Positions 49,419-60,692 of a stretch of DNA of 64,000 bases are shown piece after piece. The stretch is taken from the NCBI GenBank assembly GCA_019239425.1, contig JAFAZX010000093.1, forward strand, positions 2,932 to 66,931. The letters are read 5' to 3'. Position 1 is the stretch's first letter. The number at the start of each line of letters is the position of its first letter. A program made the translations under genes and the position numbers. The stretch is from Acidobacteriota bacterium. GTDB lineage: Bacteria; Acidobacteriota; Blastocatellia; Pyrinomonadales; Pyrinomonadaceae. Below the pieces are notes generated by a model. That model searched no databases, had not been told where the DNA came from, and saw only the letters and a list, made by a program, of their open reading frames with translations.

Positions 49419-50041
49419 AGCGCCCCCACGAACCTGAGAAAGTCTTCGGTCAAGTTTGGGTCGAGTTCGCGGCCGGCCATCGCAATCATCTCAGCCGCCG
49501 CCTCCGGCCTGCTGAGGGCGGGCTTGTAAGCACGCCTCGCGCGCAGCGAAGTGTACACGTCCACCACGGCGACGATGCGCGCCTCGAGCGGAATGTGCGT
49601 GCCCTTCATCCCTTCCGGATAACCGCTCCCGTCCCAGCCCTCGTGGTGGTGGAGTACGATTCGCCTCACCGCCTGTGTGACCGCGGGCAGTCCGCGCAGG
49701 ACGTGAGCGCCATAGATCGGGTGGAAGGATACTGCGTGCCTCTCGTCGCTCGTGAGCGGCCCCCGCTTGAGCAGGATGGACTCTGCGATGAGGTATTTGC
49801 CGAAGTCGTGCAGGTGCGCGCCGAGTTCTATCTCGTCGAGCGTGTGGGCGTCCGAGTCGGCGCCGATGTCGGCGGCGAAGGAGCGCGCGAGCATCGCCGT
49901 GGCGTGGCCGTGCGAGTAGACGTGACGGTAGAGGCGCGGCTGCTCGTCGCGCCCTAACTCGGCGGCCGCACGCAGCAGCGCCCGTTCGGCGGAGATGCCC
50001 GTACCGCCATCCGCAGGCCCTCGTGGAAGGGGGATATGCAT
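49415..50041 (-). CDS. HD-GYP domain phosphohydrolase (stand-alone)
   Basis: HDFGK...HHHEGWDGSGYPEG is the HD-GYP signature. Its 3-prime end overlaps the convergent HTH gene by 4 nt. Confidence 0.85.
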   Translation of the reverse strand: MHIPLPRGPADGGTGISAERALLRAAAELGRDEQPRLYRHVYSHGHATAMLARSFAADIGADSDAHTLDEIELGAHLHDFGKYLIAESILLKRGPLTSDERHAVSFHPIYGAHVLRGLPAVTQAVRRIVLHHHEGWDGSGYPEGMKGTHIPLEARIVAVVDVYTSLRARRAYKPALSRPEAAAEMIAMAGRELDPNLTEDFLRFVGAL

Positions 50042-50320
50042 CGGGGACTACCTCTCGGAGTGGTCTCCCAAAAACTCTTGCTCTGCTATACGGATAAGAT
50101 GGCTGGCAGAAAGGCGGGCGGCTCTTTCCGACTTCTTCCGTTAGGGACAGCGCGGGCATCGAAGAAGCGTCTGCTTTATGGCTACCTCGCCGTGTGTCGA
50201 AGATAAACCCGAAGAAGTGCGGAGGTTGTTGGGGTTTCATTACAGCGCCGTTGCCGGCCGGTTCTAATTGCGCCCGGCCCGGATTGGAAAGCAGTTCAAG
50301 CCTCCGACATGACCGCCGCT

Positions 50321-50593
50321 CCTGTCGAGAATACGTCTGCGCCTGTAGAGAAGGCGTTTCCGCGTGCAGAGAAGACGTTTCCGCCTGTAGAGTTCATTGA
50401 AACGCGTGTGGAGTCTGCATTTCCGTGTGTAGAGTTTATATATGCGTCTGTAGAGATAACTTGCACTTATGCAAAATCGACTCGCACGCTTGTAGAGATC
50501 ACTTATCCGCTTGTCGAGTTCATCCGTGAGCCTGTAGGGATAACTCGCATCTATGCAAAACCGACCGCGACGCCCGTAGAGACGATTCCGGTA
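50321..50593 (+). repeat. Array of 13 tandem 21-bp direct repeats (core c[c/t]TGTAGAG; two units of type tATGCAAAA)
   Basis: Units start at 50321, 50342, 50363, ... 50573 with no phase slip. See the findings for the unit list. Confidence 0.9.
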
Positions 50594-50677
50594 CGCGGCA
50601 TTTTTTCGCGCGGCCCTTAAAATTCCGCGAGCGCCCTTCTAAATTCTCCGCACAACTCCCGCCCCGAAAGCTCCGGG

Positions 50678-50706
50678 TTGACAAAAAAATCGGAAGTCCC
50701 TATATT
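50678..50706 (+). promoter_or_regulatory. Consensus-like sigma-70 promoter of groES-groEL
   Basis: TTGACA (50678-50683), 17-nt spacer, TATATT (50701-50706). Confidence 0.7.
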
Positions 50707-50707
50707 T

Positions 50708-50734
50708 TTAGCAGTCCTTCAAACGGAGTGCTAA
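50708..50734 (+). promoter_or_regulatory. CIRCE operator (HrcA binding site)
   Basis: TTAGCAGTC-N9-GAGTGCTAA compares with consensus TTAGCACTC-N9-GAGTGCTAA. It sits immediately after the -10 box. Confidence 0.85.
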
Positions 50735-50834
50735 ACATTTGCGATTTTCCTAGCAAATCCAGACGTTTTTGGTTAGCAGCCGGAAGGCCATCAAACCAGA
50801 CCACTCATCCACAAAGAAACCGGAAAGGAGCGTT

Positions 50835-51167
50835 ATGGCTACCAACATCAAACCACTGCACGACCGCGTGATCGTCAAGCGCATTGAAGAGGGCGAGCAG
50901 GTGCGCGGCGGGATCATCATCCCCGACACCGCCAAGGAGAAGCCGCAGGAGGGCGAGGTCATCGCCGTCGGCGAGGGCAAGCGCAAGGACGACGGCACTC
51001 GCATCGGGCTCGACGTCAAAGAGGGCGATCGCGTGCTCTTCGGCAAGTACTCGGGCTCCGAGATCAAGCTCGACGGCGAGGAGTACCTCATCATGCGCGA
51101 GGACGAAATCCTCGGCGTCATCGAGCGGGCCGGCGCGGCCTCGGGCGGCAAGAAGGGCGGCAAGTAG
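50835..51167 (+). CDS. groES: Co-chaperonin GroES
   Basis: [57 protein letters not shown]. Confidence 0.95.
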   Translation: MATNIKPLHDRVIVKRIEEGEQVRGGIIIPDTAKEKPQEGEVIAVGEGKRKDDGTRIGLDVKEGDRVLFGKYSGSEIKLDGEEYLIMREDEILGVIERAGAASGGKKGGK

Positions 51168-52883
<1,716 letters not shown>

Positions 52884-52908
52884 TCACCCACTGACTTCTG
52901 TCAGTAAG

Positions 52909-52950
52909 GAAGCGGCCGCGCTCGTTAAAGGGCGCGGCCGCTTCTTTTTG
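52909..52950 (+). terminator. Rho-independent terminator of groESL
   Basis: gaagcggccgcgc-tcgttaaagg-gcgcggccgcttc, followed by TTTTT. Confidence 0.85.
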
Positions 52951-53037
52951 ATGTCACGTGTCAGACTTGAAAGCCTGAGGGGCGACGAATATACTCGCCG
53001 CTCGTTCGTTTAAGTCAGTGCCCCCGGCAAGCTTTGA

Positions 53038-53544
53038 ATGACCCCCAACAGACAACAGAATCAGAAAAGTTCGACGCCCGGCCCCCTCCGTTACGGATGC
53101 GGCATCCTGAGCATCTGCGGCTCCCTCGTCAGCCTCATCTTCGTCTTCGCCGCCATCAGCGACCTTATCTCCGGCCGCGAACCGGATAAGACGGGCGTGG
53201 TCATCGGGCTACTCTTCTTCTTCGTCGGGCTGGCCGCCATCGGCGTGTTTGCGGCGTGGAAGTTTATGCGCCGCACGCCCGCGCCGCCGGACTTCGACCT
53301 CGAGAACAGGATTCTACAGCTCGCCGCGGCGAAGGGCTGCCGGCTGACCGTGGGGATGGTCGCGCTCCACTGTCGCGCGAGTATCGAGGAGAGCCGCGCC
53401 GCGCTCGAACGGATGGCTCTGCAGGGCGCGGCGAACGTGCAGGTCGAGAACGACGGCAACATCGTCTACGACTTCTCAGACCTCCTGCCCCCGCCGCACG
53501 AGGCCCGCCCACGTGCGGGCGAGCGGCCGATGCAGCTTCCCTGA
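53038..53544 (+). CDS. Hypothetical membrane protein (2 TM plus small C-terminal soluble domain)
   Basis: High GC3. Two hydrophobic helices. No recognisable SD. Confidence 0.5.
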   Translation: MTPNRQQNQKSSTPGPLRYGCGILSICGSLVSLIFVFAAISDLISGREPDKTGVVIGLLFFFVGLAAIGVFAAWKFMRRTPAPPDFDLENRILQLAAAKGCRLTVGMVALHCRASIEESRAALERMALQGAANVQVENDGNIVYDFSDLLPPPHEARPRAGERPMQLP

Positions 53545-53545
53545 A

Positions 53546-54088
53546 TCAGAAACGCGCCTCGAACGCGTCGCCCAGCTTCACGCCGTGGCGCAAGGTTAGC
53601 TCCGGGTAGGGTGCGTGCTCCGCCTCCGCCGAGTCGAGTCCGAGGAGTTTCTCGACCTCCAGGATGCGCGCCTCCTCGCCCTCAATCTCGACGAAGAGTC
53701 CGAACGGCAGCTCGTCTAAAACGACCTCCGCCCCCCCGACGTGCCAGGTCTCGCGCCGCTTCTCGTAGACGAGCGCGGGCCTGTAGCCGAGCGCTTCGAG
53801 GATGGCCGCCAGCGCGTCCCCGTCCGACACCTCCGTCTCCTCCTCGCGCTGCCGCTTGACGGCCGAGTCCGAAAGGTCGCGCTCCTTGAACGTGAAGAGC
53901 GCGCGCCCGTCTCTCCTCCTGAGCCGCAGCACGCGCCGCGCGGGGTCGAGGCCCGGCCCCGTGTAGATCACGTTCTCCTCGAACTCCGCACTCCCCCGCC
54001 CCGCCGCCCCGACTTCCCTCAGTCTCCGGCGCAGAGGCTCCAGACGTTCGGGCTCAAGCCTGTACTTCTTCTCTATCTCGATGGGCAT
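53546..54088 (-). CDS. CYTH-domain protein (CyaB/class IV adenylyl cyclase-thiamine triphosphatase family)
   Basis: ATG at 54088 gives MPIEIEKKYRL, which is the ExExK CYTH signature. Confidence 0.8.
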   Translation of the reverse strand: MPIEIEKKYRLEPERLEPLRRRLREVGAAGRGSAEFEENVIYTGPGLDPARRVLRLRRRDGRALFTFKERDLSDSAVKRQREEETEVSDGDALAAILEALGYRPALVYEKRRETWHVGGAEVVLDELPFGLFVEIEGEEARILEVEKLLGLDSAEAEHAPYPELTLRHGVKLGDAFEARF

Positions 54089-54093
54089 CTTCT

Positions 54094-55452
54094 TCAGGGC
54101 TGTCGCACCCACTTCAGCATCTCCGGGATGGTGGCGCGCTTGCCGTACATGAGCATGCCGACGCGGTAGACGCGCCCGGCGAGCCAGAGCAGCGCCGCCA
54201 CGGTCGCGAAGCCGATGCAGAGCGAGAGCAGGATCTGCCAGAGGGGCGGCTCCTGCGAGACGATGCGGATGAGCATCGTGATGGGCGCGAAGAAAGGGAC
54301 GAGCGAGACCCAGACGGCGAACGAGGAGTTCGGGCTGCGGATGACGGGGAACGCGAGGTAGAAGCCGACGACGAGCAGCATGATGATCGGCATCGCGAGC
54401 TGCCCGCCCTCCTGCGAGGTCGTCACCATCGACCCGACCAAGGCGTAGAGCGTCGCGTAGATGAAGTAGCCCATCAGGAAGAAGAGCACGACGTAGGCGT
54501 AGACGCTCGGCGGCACCTGCGGGATGGCGATTGAGGCGCCGCCCGCCGCGAGGTAGGCGCCGAGGCCGACGAAGGCCAGGCCCCAGATGGCGAACTGCGT
54601 CAGGGCCACGAGCGAGACGCCGACCAGCTTCCCCGTCATCAGCGTGAACGGGCGGATGGACGAGAAGAGTATCTCGGCGATGCGCGTCTCCTTCTCCTCG
54701 ATGACGGCGCCGAGGACGACCTGCCCGTACATGAGAATCGTCAGGTAGATGAGGAAGCCCGCGCCGAAGACGAGGAAGAAGCCCTGCCCGCGGTCGGCCT
54801 CGCCGCCGCCGCCCGCCTTCGAAGCCTTCAGGCGCACGGGCTGGTTAACGGCGCGCATCACGTCGGGGCCGACGCCGCGCTCGTCCAGGCGCGCGTCGCG
54901 CACGGCGCGGACGAGCGCGTTGCGCACCTGCCCGCGCGTGAACACGTCGCTCACGTTGCGCGTGTAGAACTCGGTCTCGCCGCCCGCGAGCACGTCGCGC
55001 GGGAGCACGAGGTACGCGTCCAGCTCGTCGCGCCTCACGCGCTCGTCGAGCTGCGCCTTCAGCTCGCCCAGTCCGAGGCCGCCCGCCGGGACTTCTTCGA
55101 CCTGGTAGCTCTGCGCCGCGGCCTTCGTCATCTGCTCCATACGCGCGCGCGAGTTCTGATTCATCGTGCCCTGCGCGGCCTTCGGCACTTCCTCCTCGTC
55201 GTCGTCCTCGTCGCGGCTCGCCTGCGCGTTCGTGAGCGAGTCGCGGACGCGTGCGTACATGCGGCCCGACTCGTCCACGACGGCGACGCGCGTCGGGCCG
55301 CCCGTCTTGATGCCGGCGATGAGGATGGGGACGACCGTGAAGAGCGCGAACATGAGCGGCGCGCCCACGGTGACGATGACGAACATGCGACTGCGGACGC
55401 GCTGCACGTACTCGCGCTTGACGACCGCGCGGAACTTCGTCAGAGGGGTCAT
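54094..55452 (-). CDS. ABC-2 type transporter permease (NatB-like)
   Basis: N-terminal TM, a large extracytoplasmic loop, then five C-terminal TM helices. Overlaps the ATPase gene by 4 nt. Confidence 0.8.
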   Translation of the reverse strand: MTPLTKFRAVVKREYVQRVRSRMFVIVTVGAPLMFALFTVVPILIAGIKTGGPTRVAVVDESGRMYARVRDSLTNAQASRDEDDDEEEVPKAAQGTMNQNSRARMEQMTKAAAQSYQVEEVPAGGLGLGELKAQLDERVRRDELDAYLVLPRDVLAGGETEFYTRNVSDVFTRGQVRNALVRAVRDARLDERGVGPDVMRAVNQPVRLKASKAGGGGEADRGQGFFLVFGAGFLIYLTILMYGQVVLGAVIEEKETRIAEILFSSIRPFTLMTGKLVGVSLVALTQFAIWGLAFVGLGAYLAAGGASIAIPQVPPSVYAYVVLFFLMGYFIYATLYALVGSMVTTSQEGGQLAMPIIMLLVVGFYLAFPVIRSPNSSFAVWVSLVPFFAPITMLIRIVSQEPPLWQILLSLCIGFATVAALLWLAGRVYRVGMLMYGKRATIPEMLKWVRQP

Positions 55453-56363
55453 TCGCCGCCACTCACTTTCTCGATGAAGATGTCGTGCAGGGAAGGCTCG
55501 ACCAGTTCGAAGCGCGACACGCGCGCGCCCGCGGCGAGCAGGCGTCCGAGTAATTCCTGCGCGTCGGCGCCGGGCGCGAGCAGCGCCTCCAGGTCGTCGC
55601 TGTGGCGCTCGACGGAGGCGACGAGCGTTTCGTCTTCGAGCACGCCTTCGCCGCCCTCGTAGCGGAGTGCGACCGAGTTGCGGCCGAAGCCGCTCTTGAC
55701 CTCGCGGATGCTGCCCGAGAGCACCTTGCGCGAGCGGTTGATGAGGCAGATGTCGTCGCAGATGCGCTCGGCCACCTCCATCTGGTGCGTCGAGAAGATG
55801 ATGGTCTTGCCCGCCTCCTTCAGCTCGAGCACGAGGTCTTTCAGCAGCTCGACGTTGACGGGGTCGAGTCCCGAGAACGGCTCGTCGAGGATGAGGAGGT
55901 CTGGGTCGTGCAGCACCGCGGCGACGAACTGTATCTTCTGCTGCATGCCCTTCGACAGCTCGCTCGCCTTCTTGCGCTTCCAGTCCGACAGCTTCACCTT
56001 CTCGAACCAGCGATCCAGGGCCCCGTCCGCCGCTCGGCCCGTGAAGCCCTTCAGCTCGGCGAAGAACTTCAACTGGTCGGCGACGCGCATGCGCTTGTAG
56101 AGGCCGCGCTCTTCGGGCAGGTAGCCGATGCGGTTCTGCGACTCCGGCGTGACGGGGCGGCCGAAGAGTTCGAGCCTGCCTTCGTCGGGGCGAGTGATGC
56201 CGACGATCATGCGGATGGTCGTCGTCTTGCCCGCGCCGTTCGGCCCGAGCAGCCCGAAGATGCGGCCCGGCCGCACCGTCAGGCTCAGAGAGCCGACGGC
56301 CGTGAACTCGCCGTAGCGCTTGGTCACGTCCTCAAGTCTGAGGGTGGGTTGTTGTTCGCTCAA
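55449..56363 (-). CDS. ABC transporter ATP-binding protein (NatA-like)
   Basis: Walker A GPNGAGKTT, signature LSKGMQQK, Walker B LLILDEP. Confidence 0.95.
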   Translation of the reverse strand: MSEQQPTLRLEDVTKRYGEFTAVGSLSLTVRPGRIFGLLGPNGAGKTTTIRMIVGITRPDEGRLELFGRPVTPESQNRIGYLPEERGLYKRMRVADQLKFFAELKGFTGRAADGALDRWFEKVKLSDWKRKKASELSKGMQQKIQFVAAVLHDPDLLILDEPFSGLDPVNVELLKDLVLELKEAGKTIIFSTHQMEVAERICDDICLINRSRKVLSGSIREVKSGFGRNSVALRYEGGEGVLEDETLVASVERHSDDLEALLAPGADAQELLGRLLAAGARVSRFELVEPSLHDIFIEKVSGGE

Positions 56364-56426
56364 AGGTTGGTACTCTTGCCGACTGGCTTATATATTTCAG
56401 CTTGAGAGTGAAGTAAGAAAGGTTTC

Positions 56427-56495
56427 ACCACAGAGACACAGAGGCACAGCTTTGAACACATAAGACATCAAGCTGTGTCTCTGTGTCTCTGTGGT
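56427..56495. repeat. Hairpin element (CACAGAG-type arms) in a divergent promoter region
   Basis: accacagagacacagaggcacagctt / aagctgtgtctctgtgtctctgtggt. Confidence 0.85.
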
Positions 56496-56671
56496 TAATT
56501 ATCTGCACTATCAGTCTCAAGTGAACGGAAATTTGGACGTAAAGACGCGAACTTATACGCCCCCCGGACATTAAAGTTTCGCGCGCAGTTTTCCCTCCAC
56601 GCGCGCGCGGACGCGTGGTAATATTTCTGCCGCCGTCACCCCAGAGCGGCTCGGGACAGGGGTTCTCCGCG

Positions 56672-58876
56672 ATGCTCTCCAGAAGGCTCTTCCGTCCGCG
56701 CCTCGCGCACTTGTTTGTCGCCGCGCTCTGCCTGCTCGCGCCCGCGCGTGCGCAACAACCCGACACGCCCGCGCCCCCCGCGAACGAGGACGAGGAGATC
56801 GTCCGCATCAGCACCGAGCTGGTGCAGACCGACGTGATGGTCTTCGACGGCTCGGGCAAGTTCGTGGACGGCCTCAAGCCCGAGCAGTTCGAGCTGCGCG
56901 TGGACGGCCGGCCGCAGGCCATCAGCTTCTTCGAGCGCATCAAGGCCGGCACCGTCAACGAGGACGCGCAGATCGCCGCGGCGCGCGGCGGCGCCTACGG
57001 CCACGCGGCGGGCGGCGCCGTCCCGCTCGACCGCGGCCGCACCGTCGTCTTCTTCGTAGACGACCTGCACCTCTCGCCCCCGAGCGCCACCCACATCCGC
57101 AAGACCATCCAGCGCTTCATCGACGAAGAGATCGGGCAGAACGACGAGGCCGCCGTCATCTCCGCGAGCGGCCTGGTCGGCTTCCTCTCGCAGCTCTCGG
57201 ACAACAAGGCCGTGATGCGCGCCGCGACCGAACGCATCAACACGCGCCCCTACACCGTCCGCGACGGCCAGTCGCCCTCCATGAACGAGGTGCAGGCCAT
57301 GGCCGTCGAGCACAACGACATCTCGGTCATCGACTACTACGTCGAGCAGCTGCTGCGCGAGAACCCTTTCCTCAAACGCGAGTTCGCCGAGTCGCAGGTG
57401 CAGACGCGCGCGCACAACATCATCCAGCAGTCGAACGTCGTCGCGCTGAACACGCTCTACACGCTGGCCTCGGTCGTGCGCGGCTTCGGCCCGCTGCCGG
57501 GCCGCAAGGTGCTCTTCTTCGTCTCGGACGGCTTCATCATGGACGAGAGGGACTCGGGGCTGCGCGAGCGGATGCGCGCCATCTCGGACGCGGCGGCGCG
57601 GGCCGGCGTGGTCATCTACTCGCTCGACGCGCAGGGTCTGCGCTCGGGGACGCCGGACGCCTCGGAGTCGGGCAACTTCGACCCGGCGGGGCGGCTGGCG
57701 CGCACCGAGACGGGCGCGGTCGCGGCCATGCAGGCGCCGCTCGTCACGCTCGCCGCCGACACGGGCGGCCGCGCGCTCGTCAACACGAACGCGCTCGGGC
57801 GCGTCGTCTCCGGCGCGCTCAAGGAGACTTCGCTCTACTACCTTTTAGCGTGGAAGCCGGAGGCGACGGCTTCGTCGGGCGGCTCGCCGAAGTACCAGCG
57901 CATCGAGGTCGCCGTGCGCGAGCGGCCCGACCTGCGCGTGCTCGTCCGCCGCGGCTTCTACAACGGCGCGGTGCCGCCCGAGGCCGCGCGCGCCGAGAAG
58001 AAGAGGAAGGAGAAGAAGGCGGACGACGCGCCCGGGGCGCAGAAGGCGAGCCCGGCCGAGCGCGACCTGACGGCGGCCCTGCACTCGCCGCTCCCGCGCG
58101 CGGCGCTGCCGACCTCCCTGGCCACGGGTTACGTCTACGGCATGGCGGGCGAGACCGTGCTGACCGTCTCGGTCGAACTCGAGCGCGAGGCGCTCACCTT
58201 CGTCCAGGGCGAGCAGAGGCACGCAGACTTCGACGTGCTCGGCGCCGTCATCGACGACCGCGGCAAGCCGGTCAGGCAGTTCGGCCAACGCCTGAGCGTC
58301 ACGCCGAACCCGCTCGTTTCCGAGTCGCAGCAGCGCGTCATCTACAGCTTCCGCATCCCGCTCGGGCCAGGCCTCTATCAAGTGCGCGCGGCCGCCCGCG
58401 ACTCGAACAGCGGGAAGACCGGGAGCGCGATGCAGTGGGTCGAAGTGCCCGAGTTGAAGAAGCAGCAGCTCGCGATGAGCAGCGTCTTCGTCGGCGAGCG
58501 CGCCACCGCGCAGCAGCAGGCGACGCAGATGAAGGACGACGAACTGCCCCGCGGCGTGCTCCTGAGCGTCGACCGCCGCTTCGCGCGCACGTCGCACATA
58601 CGCTTCCTGACCTTCGTCTACAACCCCGCGGCGGGGTCGGACGGACGGCCCGACGTGGCGCTCCAGATACAGGTCTTCCGCGACGACCAGCCGGTCTTCA
58701 CCGCGCCGCTCAGTAAGCTCCGGGCCGACGACGGCTCAGACTTCGCGCGCCTCCCCTACATGGCCGAGCTGAGCCTCCAGACCTTCCCCCCCGGCCGCTA
58801 CGTCCTGCAACTCACCGCCATCGACCGCGCCGCCAAGACCACCACCTCGCAACGCACGCGCTTCGTCGTTGAATAG
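56672..58876 (+). CDS. Secreted VWA-domain protein (VWFA-related acidobacterial-type N-terminus)
   Basis: Start moved to ATG 56672 (signal peptide). IVRISTELVQTDVMVFDGSGKFVDGLKPEQFELRVDGRPQAISFF, followed by VVFFVDDLHLS (VWA/MIDAS-like). Confidence 0.75.
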   Translation: MLSRRLFRPRLAHLFVAALCLLAPARAQQPDTPAPPANEDEEIVRISTELVQTDVMVFDGSGKFVDGLKPEQFELRVDGRPQAISFFERIKAGTVNEDAQIAAARGGAYGHAAGGAVPLDRGRTVVFFVDDLHLSPPSATHIRKTIQRFIDEEIGQNDEAAVISASGLVGFLSQLSDNKAVMRAATERINTRPYTVRDGQSPSMNEVQAMAVEHNDISVIDYYVEQLLRENPFLKREFAESQVQTRAHNIIQQSNVVALNTLYTLASVVRGFGPLPGRKVLFFVSDGFIMDERDSGLRERMRAISDAAARAGVVIYSLDAQGLRSGTPDASESGNFDPAGRLARTETGAVAAMQAPLVTLAADTGGRALVNTNALGRVVSGALKETSLYYLLAWKPEATASSGGSPKYQRIEVAVRERPDLRVLVRRGFYNGAVPPEAARAEKKRKEKKADDAPGAQKASPAERDLTAALHSPLPRAALPTSLATGYVYGMAGETVLTVSVELEREALTFVQGEQRHADFDVLGAVIDDRGKPVRQFGQRLSVTPNPLVSESQQRVIYSFRIPLGPGLYQVRAAARDSNSGKTGSAMQWVEVPELKKQQLAMSSVFVGERATAQQQATQMKDDELPRGVLLSVDRRFARTSHIRFLTFVYNPAAGSDGRPDVALQIQVFRDDQPVFTAPLSKLRADDGSDFARLPYMAELSLQTFPPGRYVLQLTAIDRAAKTTTSQRTRFVVE

Positions 58877-59001
58877 CAGTAGGCAGTAGGCAGTAGGCGA
58901 CTGAAAGAACCGGGGCGGCGAGATTCATAACTCGCCGCCCCGGTTCTTTAATCTTTCGCCTTTTTCCTAACTGCCTACTGCCGTCTGCCTACCGCCTACT
59001 A
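58877..59001. repeat. GTAGGCA-family outer arms enclosing a canonical bidirectional terminator
   Basis: Outer arms gcagtaggcagtaggcagtaggcg / ctgcctactgccgtctgcctaccgcctacta. The stops of the VWA gene (58874-58876) and serA (58999-59001) touch or lie in the arms. Confidence 0.9.
58904..58960. terminator. Bidirectional intrinsic terminator between the VWA gene and serA
   Basis: 19-bp perfect stem aaagaaccggggcggcgag / ctcgccgccccggttcttt with an 8-nt loop, flanked by A- and T-rich runs. Confidence 0.8.
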
Positions 59002-60600
59002 ATCCTCCAAAGAGATACGGCGGGCGGAGATGACGGGGCCGAAGGCGCGCAGCTCTTCGAGGGTCGAGTCGTCAACGGGAGCGTCAGTCTCGATGACGGA
59101 CATCGCCTCGCCGCCGCGCTCGCGCCGGCCGCCGAGGTGGAAGCGGCTGATGTTAACGTCGTGATCGCCGAGGATGGTGCCGACGCGGCCGACGACGCCG
59201 GGCACGTCGCTGCTCCGCATCAGGAGCATATTGCCCTCCGGCACGACTTCGATACGGAACCCTTCGATCTCCGTGATGCGCCCGTCCGCGCCGGGGCCGA
59301 AGAGCGCGCCCGACACCGTGTGCTCGCCCGCCGTCGTCAGCACGCGCGTCCGCACTGCCTCGCGCGCATCCGTACTGGCGGCGTGCCGGTGCGAGACGGT
59401 GACGTTGATGCCGCGCTCCTCCGCAATGAGCAGCGCGTTGACGACGTTGACGCGCGCGCTCATGTTCCGCAGGAGTCCTGCGAGGAAGGCGCGCGTCACG
59501 GGCGCCGCGTCGAGGCCCGCGGCCTCGCCCGCGTAGCTGATCTCGACGGCGTGGACGGGCTCGTCAACGATCTGCGCCTGGAAGCGACCCAGACGCTCGG
59601 CCAGGCGCAGGTAAGGTTCGAGCGCCTTCAACTCCTGCGCGCCGACCGCCGGCAGGTTGACCGCGCCGCGCACCGCGCCCGTCAGGAAGAAGTCGCGCAT
59701 CTGCTCAGCGACGATGACGGCCACGCCCTCCTGCGCCTCGCGCGTCGAGGCCCCGAGGTGCGGCGTCGCCACGACCTCTTCGAGAGAGAGCAGAGGATGG
59801 TCGGCGGGCGGCGGCTCCTCCTCGAACACGTCGAGCGCCGCGCCGGCCACGCGCCCCTCTTTAATCGCCTCGTACAGGGCGCGCTCGTCCACCAGGCCGC
59901 CGCGCGCGCAGTTGATGACGCGCACGCCCGTCTTCATCCGCGCGAACTCGCGCGCGCCGATGAGGCCGCGCGTCTCGGGCGTCAGGGGCGAGTGGACGGT
60001 GACGAAGTCGGCGCGCTCGCAGACCTCTTCGAGCGAGGCGAGTTCGATCCCCTGCTCGCGCACCTGCTCGGGCGCGACGAAGGGGTCGAAGGCGACGACC
60101 TTCATCTCGAACCCCTGCGCGCGGCTCGCCACGACGCGGCCGATGCGCCCGAGGCCGACGACGCCGAGCGTCTTCCCGCGCAGTTCGACGCCGACGAACT
60201 TCTTCCGCTCCCAGCGGCCGGCCTTCAGGCTCGCCTGCCCGTGCGGCACGCGCCGCGCGAGCGCGAGCAGCAGCGCGAGCGTGTGCTCGGCGGTCGTCAT
60301 CGTGTTGCCGTCGGGCGCGTTCATCACGACGACGCCGCGCGCGGTGGCGGCCGCCACGTCGATGTTGTCCACGCCGACGCCCGCGCGCCCGATGACGCGC
60401 AGACGCCCGGCCGCCTCCAACAGCGCCGCCGTCACCTTCGTCTCGCTGCGCACGACGACCCCGTCGGCGCCGGCCACGGCCTCCGCCAGCTCGTCGCCCT
60501 TCAGCCCCGTCCGCTTCTCGACGACGAACCCGGCCGCGCGCAGAGGCTCAAGCCCGCTCTCGCTCACGTCGTCCGCAACGAATATTTTGATGTCAGGCAT
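58999..60600 (-). CDS. serA: D-3-phosphoglycerate dehydrogenase (long form with ASB and ACT domains)
   Basis: GLGRIGRVVA NAD-binding motif, HLGASTREAQ, and a C-terminal ACT-like region. Confidence 0.9.
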   Translation of the reverse strand: MPDIKIFVADDVSESGLEPLRAAGFVVEKRTGLKGDELAEAVAGADGVVVRSETKVTAALLEAAGRLRVIGRAGVGVDNIDVAAATARGVVVMNAPDGNTMTTAEHTLALLLALARRVPHGQASLKAGRWERKKFVGVELRGKTLGVVGLGRIGRVVASRAQGFEMKVVAFDPFVAPEQVREQGIELASLEEVCERADFVTVHSPLTPETRGLIGAREFARMKTGVRVINCARGGLVDERALYEAIKEGRVAGAALDVFEEEPPPADHPLLSLEEVVATPHLGASTREAQEGVAVIVAEQMRDFFLTGAVRGAVNLPAVGAQELKALEPYLRLAERLGRFQAQIVDEPVHAVEISYAGEAAGLDAAPVTRAFLAGLLRNMSARVNVVNALLIAEERGINVTVSHRHAASTDAREAVRTRVLTTAGEHTVSGALFGPGADGRITEIEGFRIEVVPEGNMLLMRSSDVPGVVGRVGTILGDHDVNISRFHLGGRRERGGEAMSVIETDAPVDDSTLEELRAFGPVISARRISLED

Positions 60601-60606
60601 AGGAGA

Positions 60607-60690
60607 AAGTAGGCAGTAGGCAGATGGCAGTAGGCAGTTTAAAAACCATTCTTCTAACTGCCTACTGCCATCTGCCTACTGCCTACTGCT
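60607..60690. repeat. Heptamer-periodic hairpin element, GTAGGCA family
   Basis: aagtaggcagtaggcagatggcagtaggcagtt / aactgcctactgccatctgcctactgcctactgctt. Confidence 0.9.
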
Positions 60691-60692
60691 TT

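Noticed and set aside
50323-50581. Calling the TGTAGAG cores bona fide DnaA boxes, and the array oriC.
   Set aside because: The best match to TGTGGATAA is 7 of 9 positions. All sites are in one orientation at fixed spacing, unlike typical oriC box clusters. No dnaA or dnaN is nearby. I retain it only as a lower-confidence alternative, linked to the strand-switch observation.
50309-50620. A 103-aa ORF reads through the 21-bp array as a heptad-repeat peptide (PVENTSA PVEKAFP RAEKTFP PVEFIET ...).
   Set aside because: It has no Shine-Dalgarno. Its third codon positions are rich in A/T (GTA, TTT, ATA, ACT, TAT used repeatedly), while every confident gene here has G/C-rich third positions. The open frame is most simply a by-product of the repeat. 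I keep it as the explicit alternative hypothesis in the array finding.
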